DNA of 64,000 nt from Octopus vulgaris (lineage: Eukaryota): assembly GCA_951406725.2 (NCBI GenBank), contig OX597835.1, positions 27,714,001-27,778,000 of the forward strand, written 5' to 3'. Shown one piece after another: positions 1 through 12,927 of the stretch (position 1 is the stretch's first letter; each line of letters begins with the position of its first letter). The notes under the pieces were generated by a model. It was not told the origin of the DNA. It ran no database searches and was given only the letters and a program-made list of their open reading frames with translations. The translations under genes were made by a program, and so were the position numbers.

Positions 1-153
1 CATGAAAAGCCCTTAAGAATAATAAAATGTAAAAAAACAAAAAAAAACTACAGGTGCACTCCCCACCCTCCACATCTCCTCTTTCTAAACAGTGATAAAA
101 TGAAATCTTAAAATATCTGCCATATAGTGTATGAATGTAGGTGTGCATAAATG

Positions 154-201
<48 letters not shown>

Positions 202-230
202 CATATATACATATATTTATATATATATAC

Positions 231-265
<35 letters not shown>

Positions 266-928
266 TACATATGCATACTAATACATATACATGCTTATTT
301 AATATATGTATACACATATATATACACACACACTCATACCTTTAGAGTGATATATATGTACATACATATATATATACATATGTATATATATATATGTGTG
401 TGTGTATATATATATATACATATATATGTGTATATAGATATATGTATACACACACATATATATATATATATAATATATATATATGTGTGTATATGTACAT
501 ATATATATGTATAAATATATATATATGTATATATATATATACACATAGACACACGTGCACACACTCATACATTTAGATTAATATACACACATGTTCATCT
601 ACAGCGTTCTTTTTAGTCACGATCATGAATGGCAACAGATAATGGATTTGAATACATTTTACATCGAGCAGACACACATCGAAGTCTCACTGCACATTTA
701 GAGTAGCGCAGGCTTTATCAAAAATAAAATTTTGCAATTTGATTATCACGAGAATGAAAATGTTTATGCACAACAACAACAACAACAAACAACATGCAGT
801 ACAGTTTCTTGTCGATGTTTGCCATCTTAAGAAATAGTAGGTGAATTTGGAGAGTGACAATACCGCTCGTTTACACATTCCGTAGGAAACATACTATTGT
901 CATCTTGGGCTTTATAGAACATGTATTG

Positions 929-1140
929 TGAGCTGGCAGAAACGTTAGCACGCCGGGCGAAATGCTTAGCAGTATTTTGTCTGCGTTACATTGTGAGTTC
1001 AAATTCCGCCGAGGTCGACTTTGCCTTTTAATCCTTTCGGGGTCGATAAATTAAGTACCAGTTACGCACTGGGGTCGATGTAATCCACTTAATACCTATG
1101 TCTGTCCTTGTGCGTCTCCTCTGTGTTTAGCCCCTTGTGT
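929..1140 (+). mobile_element. tRNA-derived SINE, abundant family A (core GCCTTTCATCCTTTCGGGGTCGATAAA)
   Basis: B-box-like GAGTTCAAATTCC followed by a conserved core. Many related copies in the window (e.g. 1238-1457, 8991-9224, 19800-20013, 33750-33960, 47922-48146). Confidence 0.8.
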
Positions 1141-1237
1141 ATTATGAGTGGGAATCCAAATCGGCAACAGAAACAAATGGTTCTGCCAGCTCACGACCTG
1201 ACTGTCTTATATAATTAAAAGAAAACAAATGTATGTC

Positions 1238-1457
1238 TTTACTACCCACCTACAAAGGGCTAAACACAGAGAGGACAAACAAGGACAGACAAACGGATCA
1301 AGTCGATTACATCGACCCCAGTGCATAACTGGTACTTATTTAATTGACCTCGAAAGAATGAAAGGCAAAGTCGACCTTGGCGGAATTTGAACTCAGAACG
1401 TAATGGCAGACGATATACGGCTATGCATTTCGCCTGGTGTGCTAACGTTTCTGCCAG
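1238..1457 (-). mobile_element. family A SINE, inverted relative to 929-1140
   Basis: Reverse complement of the same head, core and tail. Confidence 0.8.
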
Positions 1458-1692
1458 AAACAAATGATGATTTGTAACTAAGGGAGCAGCTAGAAATAGC
1501 AGTCTGGGAGAGTAAAGGACCCATAGGACAATGTTGTCCACAATATCTATAAAAAGAGATGGTCATGGTTTTCACCTGACAAAATGAGTCTAGGACATTT
1601 AGCCCCTACCCCCCATGGACAATAACCTCCCAAGGACAATTGCCACTGAGAATAACAGAGGATGATTTAAAACCTCTTAATATATTGGAGAG

Positions 1693-1950
1693 TGGAGGCT
1701 CATGGCCTAGTGGTTAGAGCAGCGGATTCTCGGTCGAGGGTTTGCGGGTTCGAATCTCAGACCGGGCAATGCAGAAGGTAATGGTGAACTTCTGCTGACT
1801 CTTTCGCCACAACTTTCTCTCACTCTTTCCTCCTGCATCTTGCAGCTCACCTGCAACGGACCAGCGTCCAGTCCAGGTGGGGAACCTATACTCCAAAGTA
1901 ACCGGGAAACCGGCCCTTATGAGCCAGGCATGGCTCGAGAAAGAACAAAC
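1693..1950 (+). mobile_element. tRNA-derived SINE, family C (possibly tRNA-Arg-derived, OR-like)
   Basis: A box TGGCCTAGTGG and B box GGTTCGAATCT. Head is shared with 15420-15508 and 50382-50757. Confidence 0.7.
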
Positions 1951-3464
1951 AAGAGAGGGGGTAATTAACCAAAGTGGGTAATTGTCTTAGGGGGTAGTTG
2001 TCGTCAGGGGGGGATTGACCTTAGGAGGTCATTGTCCTGATATGGACAAAACAACATCAGTCTCAAATTTATGGAAGAAGAACTTGAAAATCCTAACAAT
2101 TATTTTTTTGCTGTGAACACCGTTTTCTCTAAGCTGTGCATTTGTGCATGCGCACACATATTTTACAATTAGGAAAAGAGTGGGAATGCATGTACACACA
2201 AGGTTTCCAGATTTTCAAGATGAGATTGAATTTTTTTTTTTTGAAATTTTAATTGAAGAAATTTGAGCAATGGTTACTTGCATGGATACACACATAATTT
2301 GTGAAAAGAAAAGTGAAATTTGCACACAATGCAAATTTCTGCACACACCTGTAGCAAAATATTTAGACGGAATGATACCTATGAATATTTGGAAAAGAAT
2401 TAAGAATAGCCTCGACTGTGATTCCTGGCAGTTTCTCACTCTCGGTTTATCAAGAGTTTATTTTTCGAACCCTAATCTCAAAAGAATGAGCAAAATAGCA
2501 AAATAAACAGAATAACTTGTGAAGAGTTGTTTGTTGCGAGTTGGAGCTGAGAACACAAGCTGGAAACGAGTCACAAAATGATTAAAATTCACATCATGAA
2601 TGGAAATTACTTTAAGAAATCTAAAGAGGCTTGTAATATAGGTTAATAGGTTATTTCTTCCAAGTCTTTCCAGGGGAAAAATTCATAGCTTAAATAAATG
2701 TAGTGTGAACTGGCCATCATTGTTCTTTTTAATTTGTTGCATTATTAATGATGAAGTTTAAAGGTGGTGATCGGGCAGAATCATTAAAACACCAGAAAAA
2801 ATCCTTAGCAGCATTTCGTCCGTTTTTATGCTCTGAGTTCAAATTCTCCTGATGTCTACTTAGCCTTCCATCCTCACGGGGTCATTAAAATAAGTACCAC
2901 TTGAATACTGGGGTCAATGTAATTAACTAGTCCCATCCCCTGAATTTTTAGGTCTTGTGCCCGTAGTAGAAAGGGTTATTAAAATGTTGCATAAGGCAGC
3001 AAGCTGGCAAAATTTTTAGCACACCAGACAAAATGCATAGCGCCATTTTATTTGTCCTTACATCAGAAATGAATGACATTACTTGTATGATGGTTACACT
3101 TATTTACAACTATTGCATGGTGTCAAAACAAGGAGACTCTAATACAAACAGATATAAATGCATATGTATGATGAGCTTCCTTCAGTTTCTTTTCACCAAA
3201 TTCGTTCACAAGGCTTTGGTTGGCCCAGAGCTATAACAGAAAACACTTGCCCAAGGTGACAAACAGTGCAACTGAACCTAGAACCATATAGCCGAGAAGC
3301 AAACTTCTCAACCACACAGCCATGCCTGTACCTATAGCCATGTCTGGGCCTAAAATGAATTATAAAAGCATATGTGTTAAATAATAAAATAGATAAGTGG
3401 CTCTGGTTTATATATAGAAGCATGGAAAAAGTTACGTTGATGGCAGAAATAAGTATAATTAGAT

Positions 3465-3501
<37 letters not shown>

Positions 3502-4242
3502 CGACAAAGGCATCAAAGTGCAGTTATTTAAAATGGTTTTTAAATAACAAAATAATAGATTTTTTTATTAAAGAGTTAAATAGATAACAAAGCAAAAGAT
3601 ACAGGCTAAAATTCCAATAATTGATAAATTGGTAGCATAGATTCAGAGAGTCTCCTGTAAGTAAATATGTTATTCCAGTAATATTTATTTATTTATTTAT
3701 TTCCCCCCAGGGAGCTAAACATAGTGCGGACAAACAAGGACAGACAAAGGGATTAAGTTGATTACATTGACCCCAGTGCATAACTGCTACTTATTTAATC
3801 AACTCCAAGAGGACGAAAGGCAGAATTTGAACTCAGAACGCAAAGACAGACGAAATACCGCAAAGCATTTCGTAATATTGTTAGAGTGCCACAGAATCAA
3901 CAATGAAATAAGAAGGCTTGCAATAAATGACAAATATGGAGAGTAAGATGTCTCCTGGAAAAAAGAAGGCCAACGAAAAAACAGTGGATATGAAGTGTGG
4001 CATCCAAGGTGGATCATAAATGCCAAATTTTTATGTCCATAATACTTTTTGAGTTTACAGCAGTTCAGACTTCAACTAACAATTGTAAAGTACAACGGAT
4101 CCAGCGAAGGAAAAAAGTGACATGTGACTTGACCTTGTTCTTTCTTCATGGAATAATTATTTCTAATTAGATTTTCAATGTTTCCTGTATCAAATATATT
4201 AACTACTGCATATTCATCAGCTAAAATGAGAATTATTAAATT

Positions 4243-4750
4243 TAAGACCCGGCAGGACAAGTGAGACCATAACCCGTGGCCTCTACCTGGGATGTAGCCA
4301 GTCCTCTTATGCATACCTTTCCTTCTTGGGACACAAAACTCTACTTGTGAAGACCTGTTGAGGCAAGTGAAAATCAAAATCAAAATTGAAATCGATCAGC
4401 ATCAATGGAAATTGTAGCTGTGATACCAGTGCCGGTGGCACATAAGACAACCATCCGAACATGGCCGTTGCTAACGCCGCCCTGACTGGCCTCCATGCCG
4501 GTGGCACGTAAAAAGCACCATCCGATCGTGGCTGTTTGCCAGCCTCATCTGGCACCTGTGCCGGTGGCACGTAAAAAGCACCCATTACACTCATGGAGTG
4601 GTTGGCGTTAGGAAGAGTATCCAGCCGTAGAAACATTGCCAGATCAGACTGGGCCTGGTACAGCCTTCTGGCTCCCAGACCCCAGTTGAACCGTCCAACC
4701 CATGCTAGCATGGAAAGCGGACGTTAAACAATGATGATGATGATGATGAT
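4243..4750 (+). mobile_element. LINE 3' tail / non-autonomous retroposon (RTE-like) with internal ~60-bp repeats and (GAT)n tail
   Basis: GGTTGGCGTTAGGAAG..CATCCAGC motif, ending in GGACGTTAAAC plus (GAT)n. Homologs at 18440-19112, 26760-27488, 43662-43810 and 55691-56210 (-). Confidence 0.7.
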
Positions 4751-5084
4751 ATTTATGTGATTGTGAATGGGAAGGACATACAACAGAAAAATGAAAAATA
4801 AAATAAAAATGTAGAAAGTATAAAAAAAAAATACTAAAGCACAACAAAGACGACCAGCTTTCTTTGTTGCTGTGAGCACTAAATGGTAAAGGATTGTGAC
4901 AAGATCCTTCATCATCTGGTTATGGTGACAGTTATTAATGATAAAATGCTGTAAGACCTGTCCAACCTATGCCAGCATAGAAAACAAAAACCAGATGTAT
5001 GATGATGAGGATGATGATGATGTCTGAAATTTAAATTATCACAGTTCCGTCTATGAAGAGACACTATTATGTTTTTGTAGCTAG

Positions 5085-5134
5085 TCATTTCGGCTTCAGT
5101 TTCTGGTTTTCCTGTTTTAATTCTCGTAAATAGT
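5085..5134 (-). CDS. candidate terminal coding exon, (N/Y)YLRELKQENQKLKPK*
   Basis: Acceptor tttatcacatttcctttgaacag|AC. The phase-1 frame gives a coiled-coil-like peptide then TGA, and the phase matches the upstream exons. No transcript support. Confidence 0.4.
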
Positions 5135-5506
5135 CTGTTCAAAGGAAATGTGATAAATTACAGGTAACTGATCAGGTACATATGTAAACAGATCAGTAAG
5201 CTTCTGTTTCAAGGTGTTCGGTGGTGGATCACTGTTATAAGTACATTGATAATATAGTTATAGCAGTTCAAATTCATACAGGGGTTTCAATTCATAATAC
5301 TATACACAATTATTTATTATTGTGAATCAATAACTACTAACCGAAAAGCTACATCCATTATTCTTTTACATAAGATTAAAGTTTCCATGGAAACAGTAAA
5401 TATTACTAATTATTTATGGAAAATAATTAGCAAAACCATACAGACTAAGAAAACTCATTAAAGTTCTTGTGTATGAGAGAGAGAGAGAGACAGAGAGAGA
5501 CAGAGA

Positions 5507-5556
<50 letters not shown>

Positions 5557-6254
5557 ATGTGAGAGGGAAAGAGAGACCATGCCTGCATGGTCACACACCT
5601 CTGATTTATAAAATCCTTGTTCAACAGGATCTAACGAATCAGAGGAGAGCTTTATGCGCCAAGGTCTATTTTGACTTGGCTTCACTTGCTGGGTATTCCT
5701 CCTAACATCAACCACTATAACGAGTGTACTGGGTGCTTTTATGTGACACCAGCTCTAGTGAAGATCGTTTCATAGCTTATACAGTGGAGGGCCTGAAGTG
5801 GCACCTATGACTGAGGGAGAATGGAAGTGTGGGTAATGACTTCAGGCAGGAAGATGAGGGAGAACAAGGCATGAACTGCAATGGTGGAGAGAGCAACAGA
5901 GTAGCAGATTAGTCACTATATGACGGTTGGGAAGTATTATTATTATTATTATTATTATGTGCCATTCACCTTCCACGTGGGACCTTTTCTTTTTTCGAAG
6001 CGTCTCCTCTATTGGGAGTTTTGTAAATTGTTGAATTTTTTCGTTGTTGTAAAGCTTGTTTACACGGACTTTTTTCTTTTGAAAAATGGACAAAACGTTT
6101 TGTAACCTTTCGTCCTGTTTTGTCCCTTTATGTTTTCCAATCATGTTTGTCAGCCCTTGTGGCCAATAAAAAGAATTAATTATTATTATTATTATTATTA
6201 TGGCTGGGTTCCAACTCAGGCTGCATGCAACAAAGTCCACCTGCCACACTTCTC

Positions 6255-7015
6255 AGTACATCATCACTGCCTTGATGTCCTGGATGCATTCTAAGCCAGT
6301 GTCTGCGATCGTATTGTCAATGTAAAGTGTGATGAGGTTTTCCTCTTCTTACACCGCCATGAACTGGGACCCACAAGACTAATTTGGATGCTTCCAGATC
6401 AGGGTGGCACACGCAATGATCAAATAGTCACTATTGTCTTTGCCTGATCTTCTCACTAACTCTTGGCAGGTCTCCATAAAGGCATTCGTTTGTCATATGT
6501 TGCTGTCATTTCACATTTAGGGCCATTCATAGCATCCTTGTGTAGCATCCATTTAGCCTGTTTGATAATTTCCTTGTCAGTGTCCATGTTCCACTGCCGT
6601 ATAATAATAACACTGATTCAACAGTTGCAACGAACAGCTTGGTTTTGATTCACCTGGGCAATTTGGAGTTCCAGACCTTCTTTAATTTGTGATAGGTTGT
6701 TCATACTTGTGCTTTCCTGATCTTGACGTCTGCTTCCGGTCTGCTCACCCAACCATCTAAATACTTGAAGATTTCAGCAACATTCAATTTGGAACTGCTC
6801 AAAGCAAACAGTTTAGCATCACTTGGTTGGTTGGAAGACATGGAATAATTTGGATAACATGGATTGGTTGAAAGAAAATGGAATATATTTTTCATTTTCT
6901 TGAGATTTGTGTGCAGTCCAGTTTTGCCAGCTGATATTTCTACTCTGTTGAACAGCTGTTGAGTTTGATCTGTTTCATTAGATGTGAGTGCTATAACATC
7001 TGCGAAGTCCAGTGG
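6255..7015 (-). pseudogene. decayed non-LTR retrotransposon reverse-transcriptase fragment (RTE/RTE-X-like)
   Basis: Minus-strand peptides LDFADVIALTSN (cf. LDFADDIALLS), FKYLDGWV and DVKIRKAQV, interrupted by stops and frameshifts. Confidence 0.65.
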
Positions 7016-7793
7016 GAATTATGGTAGGGCAAAAGGAAAAGGATTTGTGGCAGGGATTATTGAGAAAAGGATGCACTGTATAAGGATGTGTATGGGCAGA
7101 AAGTGTAAAATAAAGGGGCTGGAAGGGAGCAAGAGATTTGAGTGGAAAGAAATCCTGATAGATTCAATGAAAGAAATTGAGATATGAGGGTTCCTGAAGT
7201 AGGCCAGAGAGGCGAAAGACTAGAAGGTATGTTGAGTGGGTAGAGGTACTATGGGGGGGGGGGAAGAGCAGTGAGAGAATGGTGTGAATGGTGAAGAAAT
7301 AGGAGCCATACATTTATGTGATGGTGTGTGTATGTATCAGAGAGAAAGAAACTAGAAAAATGTCTGGGAAGAAACTCCAGAGTGTTGGGCCATTTGATCA
7401 GCCTAAATAATATAATATATATATAGTCAAATCATGAGATTGATCTCAATACCATTGGAAATAGAAGAAATATTTATTGAATGATACAGTTATGGAGACT
7501 CGCACACAGCACTTCAAGTTTCTGTATCATTTAATCATTCAAGATATTTATATATAGATGTATATATTGGCTGAATGGTTGATAAACCATTGAATAGATG
7601 AGAATGAAATATGATAAAACAGAATAAGCTAGTCTATATTAATATTTCTAGATCATCTTAGTCAAAACAGACAAGCTGTTTGACTGAAAAAAACCAAAAA
7701 ATGCGAGAAACAGCCATTATAGCTTACTTGTGTTCCACCATCCTGAACAAATGTAACTAACTTTGTCATTTAAAGAAAGGAATTCTTGAAAAT

Positions 7794-7893
<100 letters not shown>

Positions 7894-8256
7894 AAGAACG
7901 ATGCACACAACATGGAATAATACTTTCACTAACACACCTGAGACCACTCACTCTAAAGTGTTCGTGTTTGAATGGAAATTTTGGGTTAAAATCTTATGAC
8001 ATGAGATTAACATTAATATGAGATTTCAGTTAGTCAACACAAGTATATGCCGAAACTTCAAGTTACAGATAGGACAGTAAAGTACTTTAAAATTGTTGAT
8101 TATATTGAATAATAATTAGAATGCTTTGGAAGATAACTTGGTAGAAATATGATCACTATTGAGTTGATGATCAGTAAGTAAATGTATACATACATGCATG
8201 CATGTACATATACACATGCACACATGTGTGTGAATACATATACATATGTATATGTA

Positions 8257-8308
<52 letters not shown>

Positions 8309-8444
8309 TATATATATATATATACACACACATATATATACACATATACACACACATATATATACACATAGTTACACATACACATACATACACACACATA
8401 CGTATACATATGAATATAGATATATATATACATGTGTATATTCA

Positions 8445-8496
<52 letters not shown>

Positions 8497-8519
8497 CATA
8501 CATCATCAACAGGTATATA

Positions 8520-8790
8520 TACCAAGGGCGAAGCAGAAAAGAAGAAGTTTGCTAATATCCAGTGACATGAGGATCAAAGAACTGATATATTTCGGATCGC
8601 AAGACAGTATGTGAGAGAAAATTATGTCACAGGTGAGAAATGTGTCAGCATGGATGATGGTGCACTTGCATTTAATGATTTGGAAAAGAAAGAGGCTTCG
8701 AGAAGCTATTATGAAAGACTGCTGAATGTAGAGAATGAATGGGAGGAGGAGAGCCTGCCAAATGTTGATACAGTAGAGGGACCAGTGGTT
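8520..8790 (+). mobile_element. RTE LINE ORF fragment homologous to 56740-56990
   Basis: YYERLLNVENEWEEESLPNVDTVEGP aligns by eye with YYVRLLSVENEWDKGSLPHVNPTEE. Confidence 0.75.
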
Positions 8791-8990
8791 CAATTTACAC
8801 AGAGGTTGATCCCACATTTTATCCTTTTAGGGGTCAATGAAATGAGTACCAGTTGAGCACTGGGGTCGATGTAATCAATTTGTTCCCTTCCCAAAAATTT
8901 CAGATCTTGTGCCTATAGTAGAAACAATTATTATTATTGAGTGAGAGAGCAGCACATGCCATCAAAGTGACATGGGAGTACAAATATATA

Positions 8991-9224
8991 TTTCTTTACT
9001 ACCCACAAGGGGCTAAACGCAGAGGGGACAAACAAGGATAGACAAAGGGAGTAAGTCGATTACATCGACCCCCAGTGCATAATTGGTACTTATTTAATCG
9101 ACCATGAAAGGATGAAAGACAAAGTCAACCTCGGCAGAATTTGAACTCAGAACGTAACAGCAAACGAAGTACCGCTAAGCACTTCGCCCGGCATGCTAAC
9201 GTGTCTGCCAGCTCGCCGCCTTGC
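8991..9224 (-). mobile_element. full-length family A SINE with 15-bp TSD, nested in an older repeat
   Basis: GAGTACAAATATATA at 8976-8990 and 9225-9239. Confidence 0.85.
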
Positions 9225-9551
9225 GAGTACAAATATATAAAACCCAATATAACCATCATGACTGCCCGCCTGATAAAGGTACACCAGGCACATGCATCAC
9301 AACCGTTTGTGTGCAACATGGTGATCTTATATCAAGAGAAGCAGCGCATTATTATTATTATTATTATTATTAATTGTTAGACATCTGTCTATGTTCTGAG
9401 TTCAAATTACACCGAGGTTCACTTTGCCTTTCATCCTTTCAAGGTCAATAAAATAAGTACCAGTTGAACACTGGGGTTGATGTAATTGACTCATCGCTTC
9501 CCCCTTAAATTCCTGCCCTTGTGGCAAAATTTGAAACCATAATTATTATTA

Positions 9552-9582
<31 letters not shown>

Positions 9583-9584
<2 letters not shown>

Positions 9585-9925
9585 TATGTTTGACTTTTGC
9601 TTTATATTTGTACACGTTGGCTCCAAGTCTCACCTAGAGACCTCAAGAGACAACAGGTTGGAAGTTCATGTTGTTGTTATGCCTAGTGTGCCATATATTT
9701 GGGGTTTTTTTTAGTGTTGTATTAGTGAATGTCTAGAAAAAAAAAGAAAGAAAAAGAAAAAAAATACGAAAATTATGTTTGTTTTAAAACTTGAGATTAC
9801 ATAGAAAGTATTTTGCGTAGGATATGAGCAGTTCCCATGAGCACTATCTTTTGAATATCTGCCATTTTTGGGTTTCCTTGTATCTGAGTTAGGTAGCAAT
9901 CAGCCCCTTTTGCTATCATTCCCAT
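9583..9925 (-). mobile_element. 3' end of R4/Dong-like non-LTR element
   Basis: Encodes ...ADIQKIVLMGTAHILRKILSM* plus 3' UTR. Close to 48918-49320 in sequence. (TAA)n-type tracts on both sides. Confidence 0.7.
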
Positions 9926-10293
9926 TATTATCATTATTATTATTATTATTATTATTATCATTATTATCATTATTATTATCATCATCATCACCATCATTCT
10001 TATTATTTATGATTATCATTATTAAGAAATATTACCTAAAATAAATAAACATTTAACAGCATGTCAGTAGTTTCAAGATTTTTTCTTTGCATTTTTTTTT
10101 TCTCAGAGGTAGGGACACAGGTTTGTAACAATTCATAATTTAAAACTGTAGTGTGAAAAGACCTCATCGAATGGACAGTTAAAGACAACAAGGGTCACTT
10201 ATTGATACACAAACATTACATTGGAGGATCACATATAGTCTGACAGGAATTGAGACAGTCGGTTGCGTGTAATATCGACTCATGTTATCTTAC

Positions 10294-10407
10294 TTGGTAA
10301 AGGACGGCCAACTGTCTCCTTCGAACAGTTGAGTAGATTATCTTGGCCTAAATGTTCATCACTGTTAAGTGATGAGTTTAGACTGTGACCAGCCATAAGT
10401 GGTGAAA
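10294..10407 (-). CDS. candidate 114-nt symmetric phase-1 exon, (F)SPLMAGHSLNSSLNSDEHLGQDNLLNCSKETVGRPLP
   Basis: Acceptor tttgcttttccag|TT and donor CCAA|gtaaga. Open in the frame that continues exon 17291-17336. Non-repetitive and locally more GC-rich. Read-through of the donor would end SKIT*. Confidence 0.5.
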
Positions 10408-12132
10408 CTGGAAAAGCAAACCTTCCACAGATCAATAATGGACAACTAAATTGTCTATTGGTGTTCAATCTATAAACAGAATGATTTTAGAAAGCTTTCC
10501 CCCTCTGCCGTGACACAAAAAGTATCATATAATTATATCAGCTCCTATCAATATGTTGTGGTTTGGTTTTTTTTTTTTTATTAACTATCCTAATTTATTT
10601 GATTTATAATTTAATAATTCCGAAATTTAAAAAAAAACAATTTCGTTATTTCCAAACTTTAAAAAATAAATTTTTTCAAACACATTTTCAAGTTAAAAGC
10701 TTAAAATAACTAATTTATCTATTTACTCATTTATGTTTTTATTTCTTACATTTGAAGATACATATAGATTGTGTATTTTATCTTTTTTTTAATTTTTTCT
10801 TCCAAAAAAATTATTTTTACATTTGAGAATATTCAATTTATTTCTTTGTTAAATTCATAAAGAAACTGAGCAATGCAAAAAATTTTAAATTAGGAAAGAA
10901 AAAAAAAACATGTCTAATGGCTCATGTAAAAGTAAGTGAATTTTTCTAAAAACTTAATTTGACAGCCAAAAGACATAGCATATTTAATCACATATTCTAA
11001 GTTCATAGAGTGCTTATGAATGTGACAGATAACAGACTGAAAACACTATATTTGTGATTTTGAGTCAGCAAATATATCTTTATAATCTTTTAATGTTTTT
11101 AGCTTGGAGAAGCAAAAAAAGAAAAAGAGAAAATGAAAAAAGATTAAAAGCTAAGCATTTAGATCATTATATATATATGTTTACATCTACAATTAAAAGA
11201 TAAATCATGTGTTCCTTTTCTAAAAGACAATTAAACCACAGAAATGAAAGAAAGAAAAATATAGCAAAATGAATTTTTTTTTTTTTCTGCTTTCGAATGT
11301 TTGTAAACCAAGGAATGCATGTAGTCATAAACTAGCAATAAACCATGTCAAATAACTGATTCTGTGCACTCATCAAATGTCACACAGCATTTAAACTACC
11401 AAATTTTCGAGCAAACAAGTCAAATTGTGTAGACCAAAATATACAGCCAAACAAATGGCAGGTCAATTTAAACACCAAGACAACTCTGGAAGACCAAAAG
11501 TTCCATGTGCAATGCAGCAAGCAGGATTTCAAACGACGGTGATAAAGTCTGAATGCTTACATAACATGTTTTACACTAAATACTACATTAACTTGTATGC
11601 TAGAGAATATGGCAGGAAATATGGATATGTTCCATTAAATTCAAAACTGCAGTTAATTTGGTAAATTTAAACAAGCTTGAGTTTTAAATGCATATTAAAA
11701 GCATTACATCACACGTAAGGCATGTGCTTAAATCAGCCAAAATTGTAAACAAAAATAATTTTCGCAAAGAATTTCTAAAACATGCAACAACACAACAAAT
11801 GGCCAAGCTAGTTGGTTGAGTTAAAAACCAGAACTCAAGGATTTTGGTGGCGCTATGTGAAACAGTGAAGTTTGAGTAGTTTGGATTAAGTTTGTGTAGC
11901 ATGGCAAGAAGAGGAATCTGTTATTTTAAGACAAATGATTTATATGGCGGAGAAATTCTTTTACAGAACAAGGTCAATTCACAAACATTTGTATCTTCTT
12001 CTTCCCAGATCTCACAACCATTTCCAAACCCATGAACTTCCTTTTATAATTGGTCAAGTGCTTATTTAAAATTATCTTATAACAGTTATCGGGTGTTTAT
12101 TAATGTTGAATATATAAATATACATATTTACA

Positions 12133-12165
<33 letters not shown>

Positions 12166-12892
12166 TGTATGTATGTATGTATGTATGTATGTGTGTGTGT
12201 GTGTGTACACATAAATGCATACATGCATGTATGAATGTATTATTATTACTAATAAGCAAAAAAAAAAAACAAAATGAGAAAACTAATATATTTGTAATTA
12301 TGTAGAATATTGATTTCAAATCTGAATTTGAAATAAAATTCTCTGGTGTACACACACACACACACACATTTTTATACATATATAATGCACACACACATAC
12401 ATACACACAGTTTCACAATATGTATTATGTCTATTATATCGCTGTAATATTTTCTCTGAGTTAGAGATTTCCACATTTTTGTGAACATCTGTTGAATATA
12501 AACGCTTTCTAACACCGTTTATTTAATTGTAAAGAAGAATTATATTTCATTTTCAGTTAAGATGACAATCTCAGCAGAATATGTGTTGCCTAAGAGTTTA
12601 AATGTAATGCTTTTGACAAGCTTTATTGACAAGTTATGGCCACTAGAGTTTTTCAACAAAATATCCTTGCAGATTATGTATTGATTAGCAACAAGAAATA
12701 ATTTCCCTTGACATAGTCATTATTTAACTCCATTTAACAGTAACATACTAAACAAGAATAATCCTTTAATATGTAAATACTTTTTAACACTCAAATGGAA
12801 ACAGGGGAAAACTGAAAAATCTTACAACTTTGAAAATAAATAAATAAATAAATATATATATATATATATATGTATGTATATATGTATGTATG

Positions 12893-12927
<35 letters not shown>

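Noticed and set aside
11561-11575. Possible 15-nt exon TGTAAAACATGTTAT (CKTCY) with gtaagc donor
   Set aside because: No polypyrimidine tract; expected by chance.
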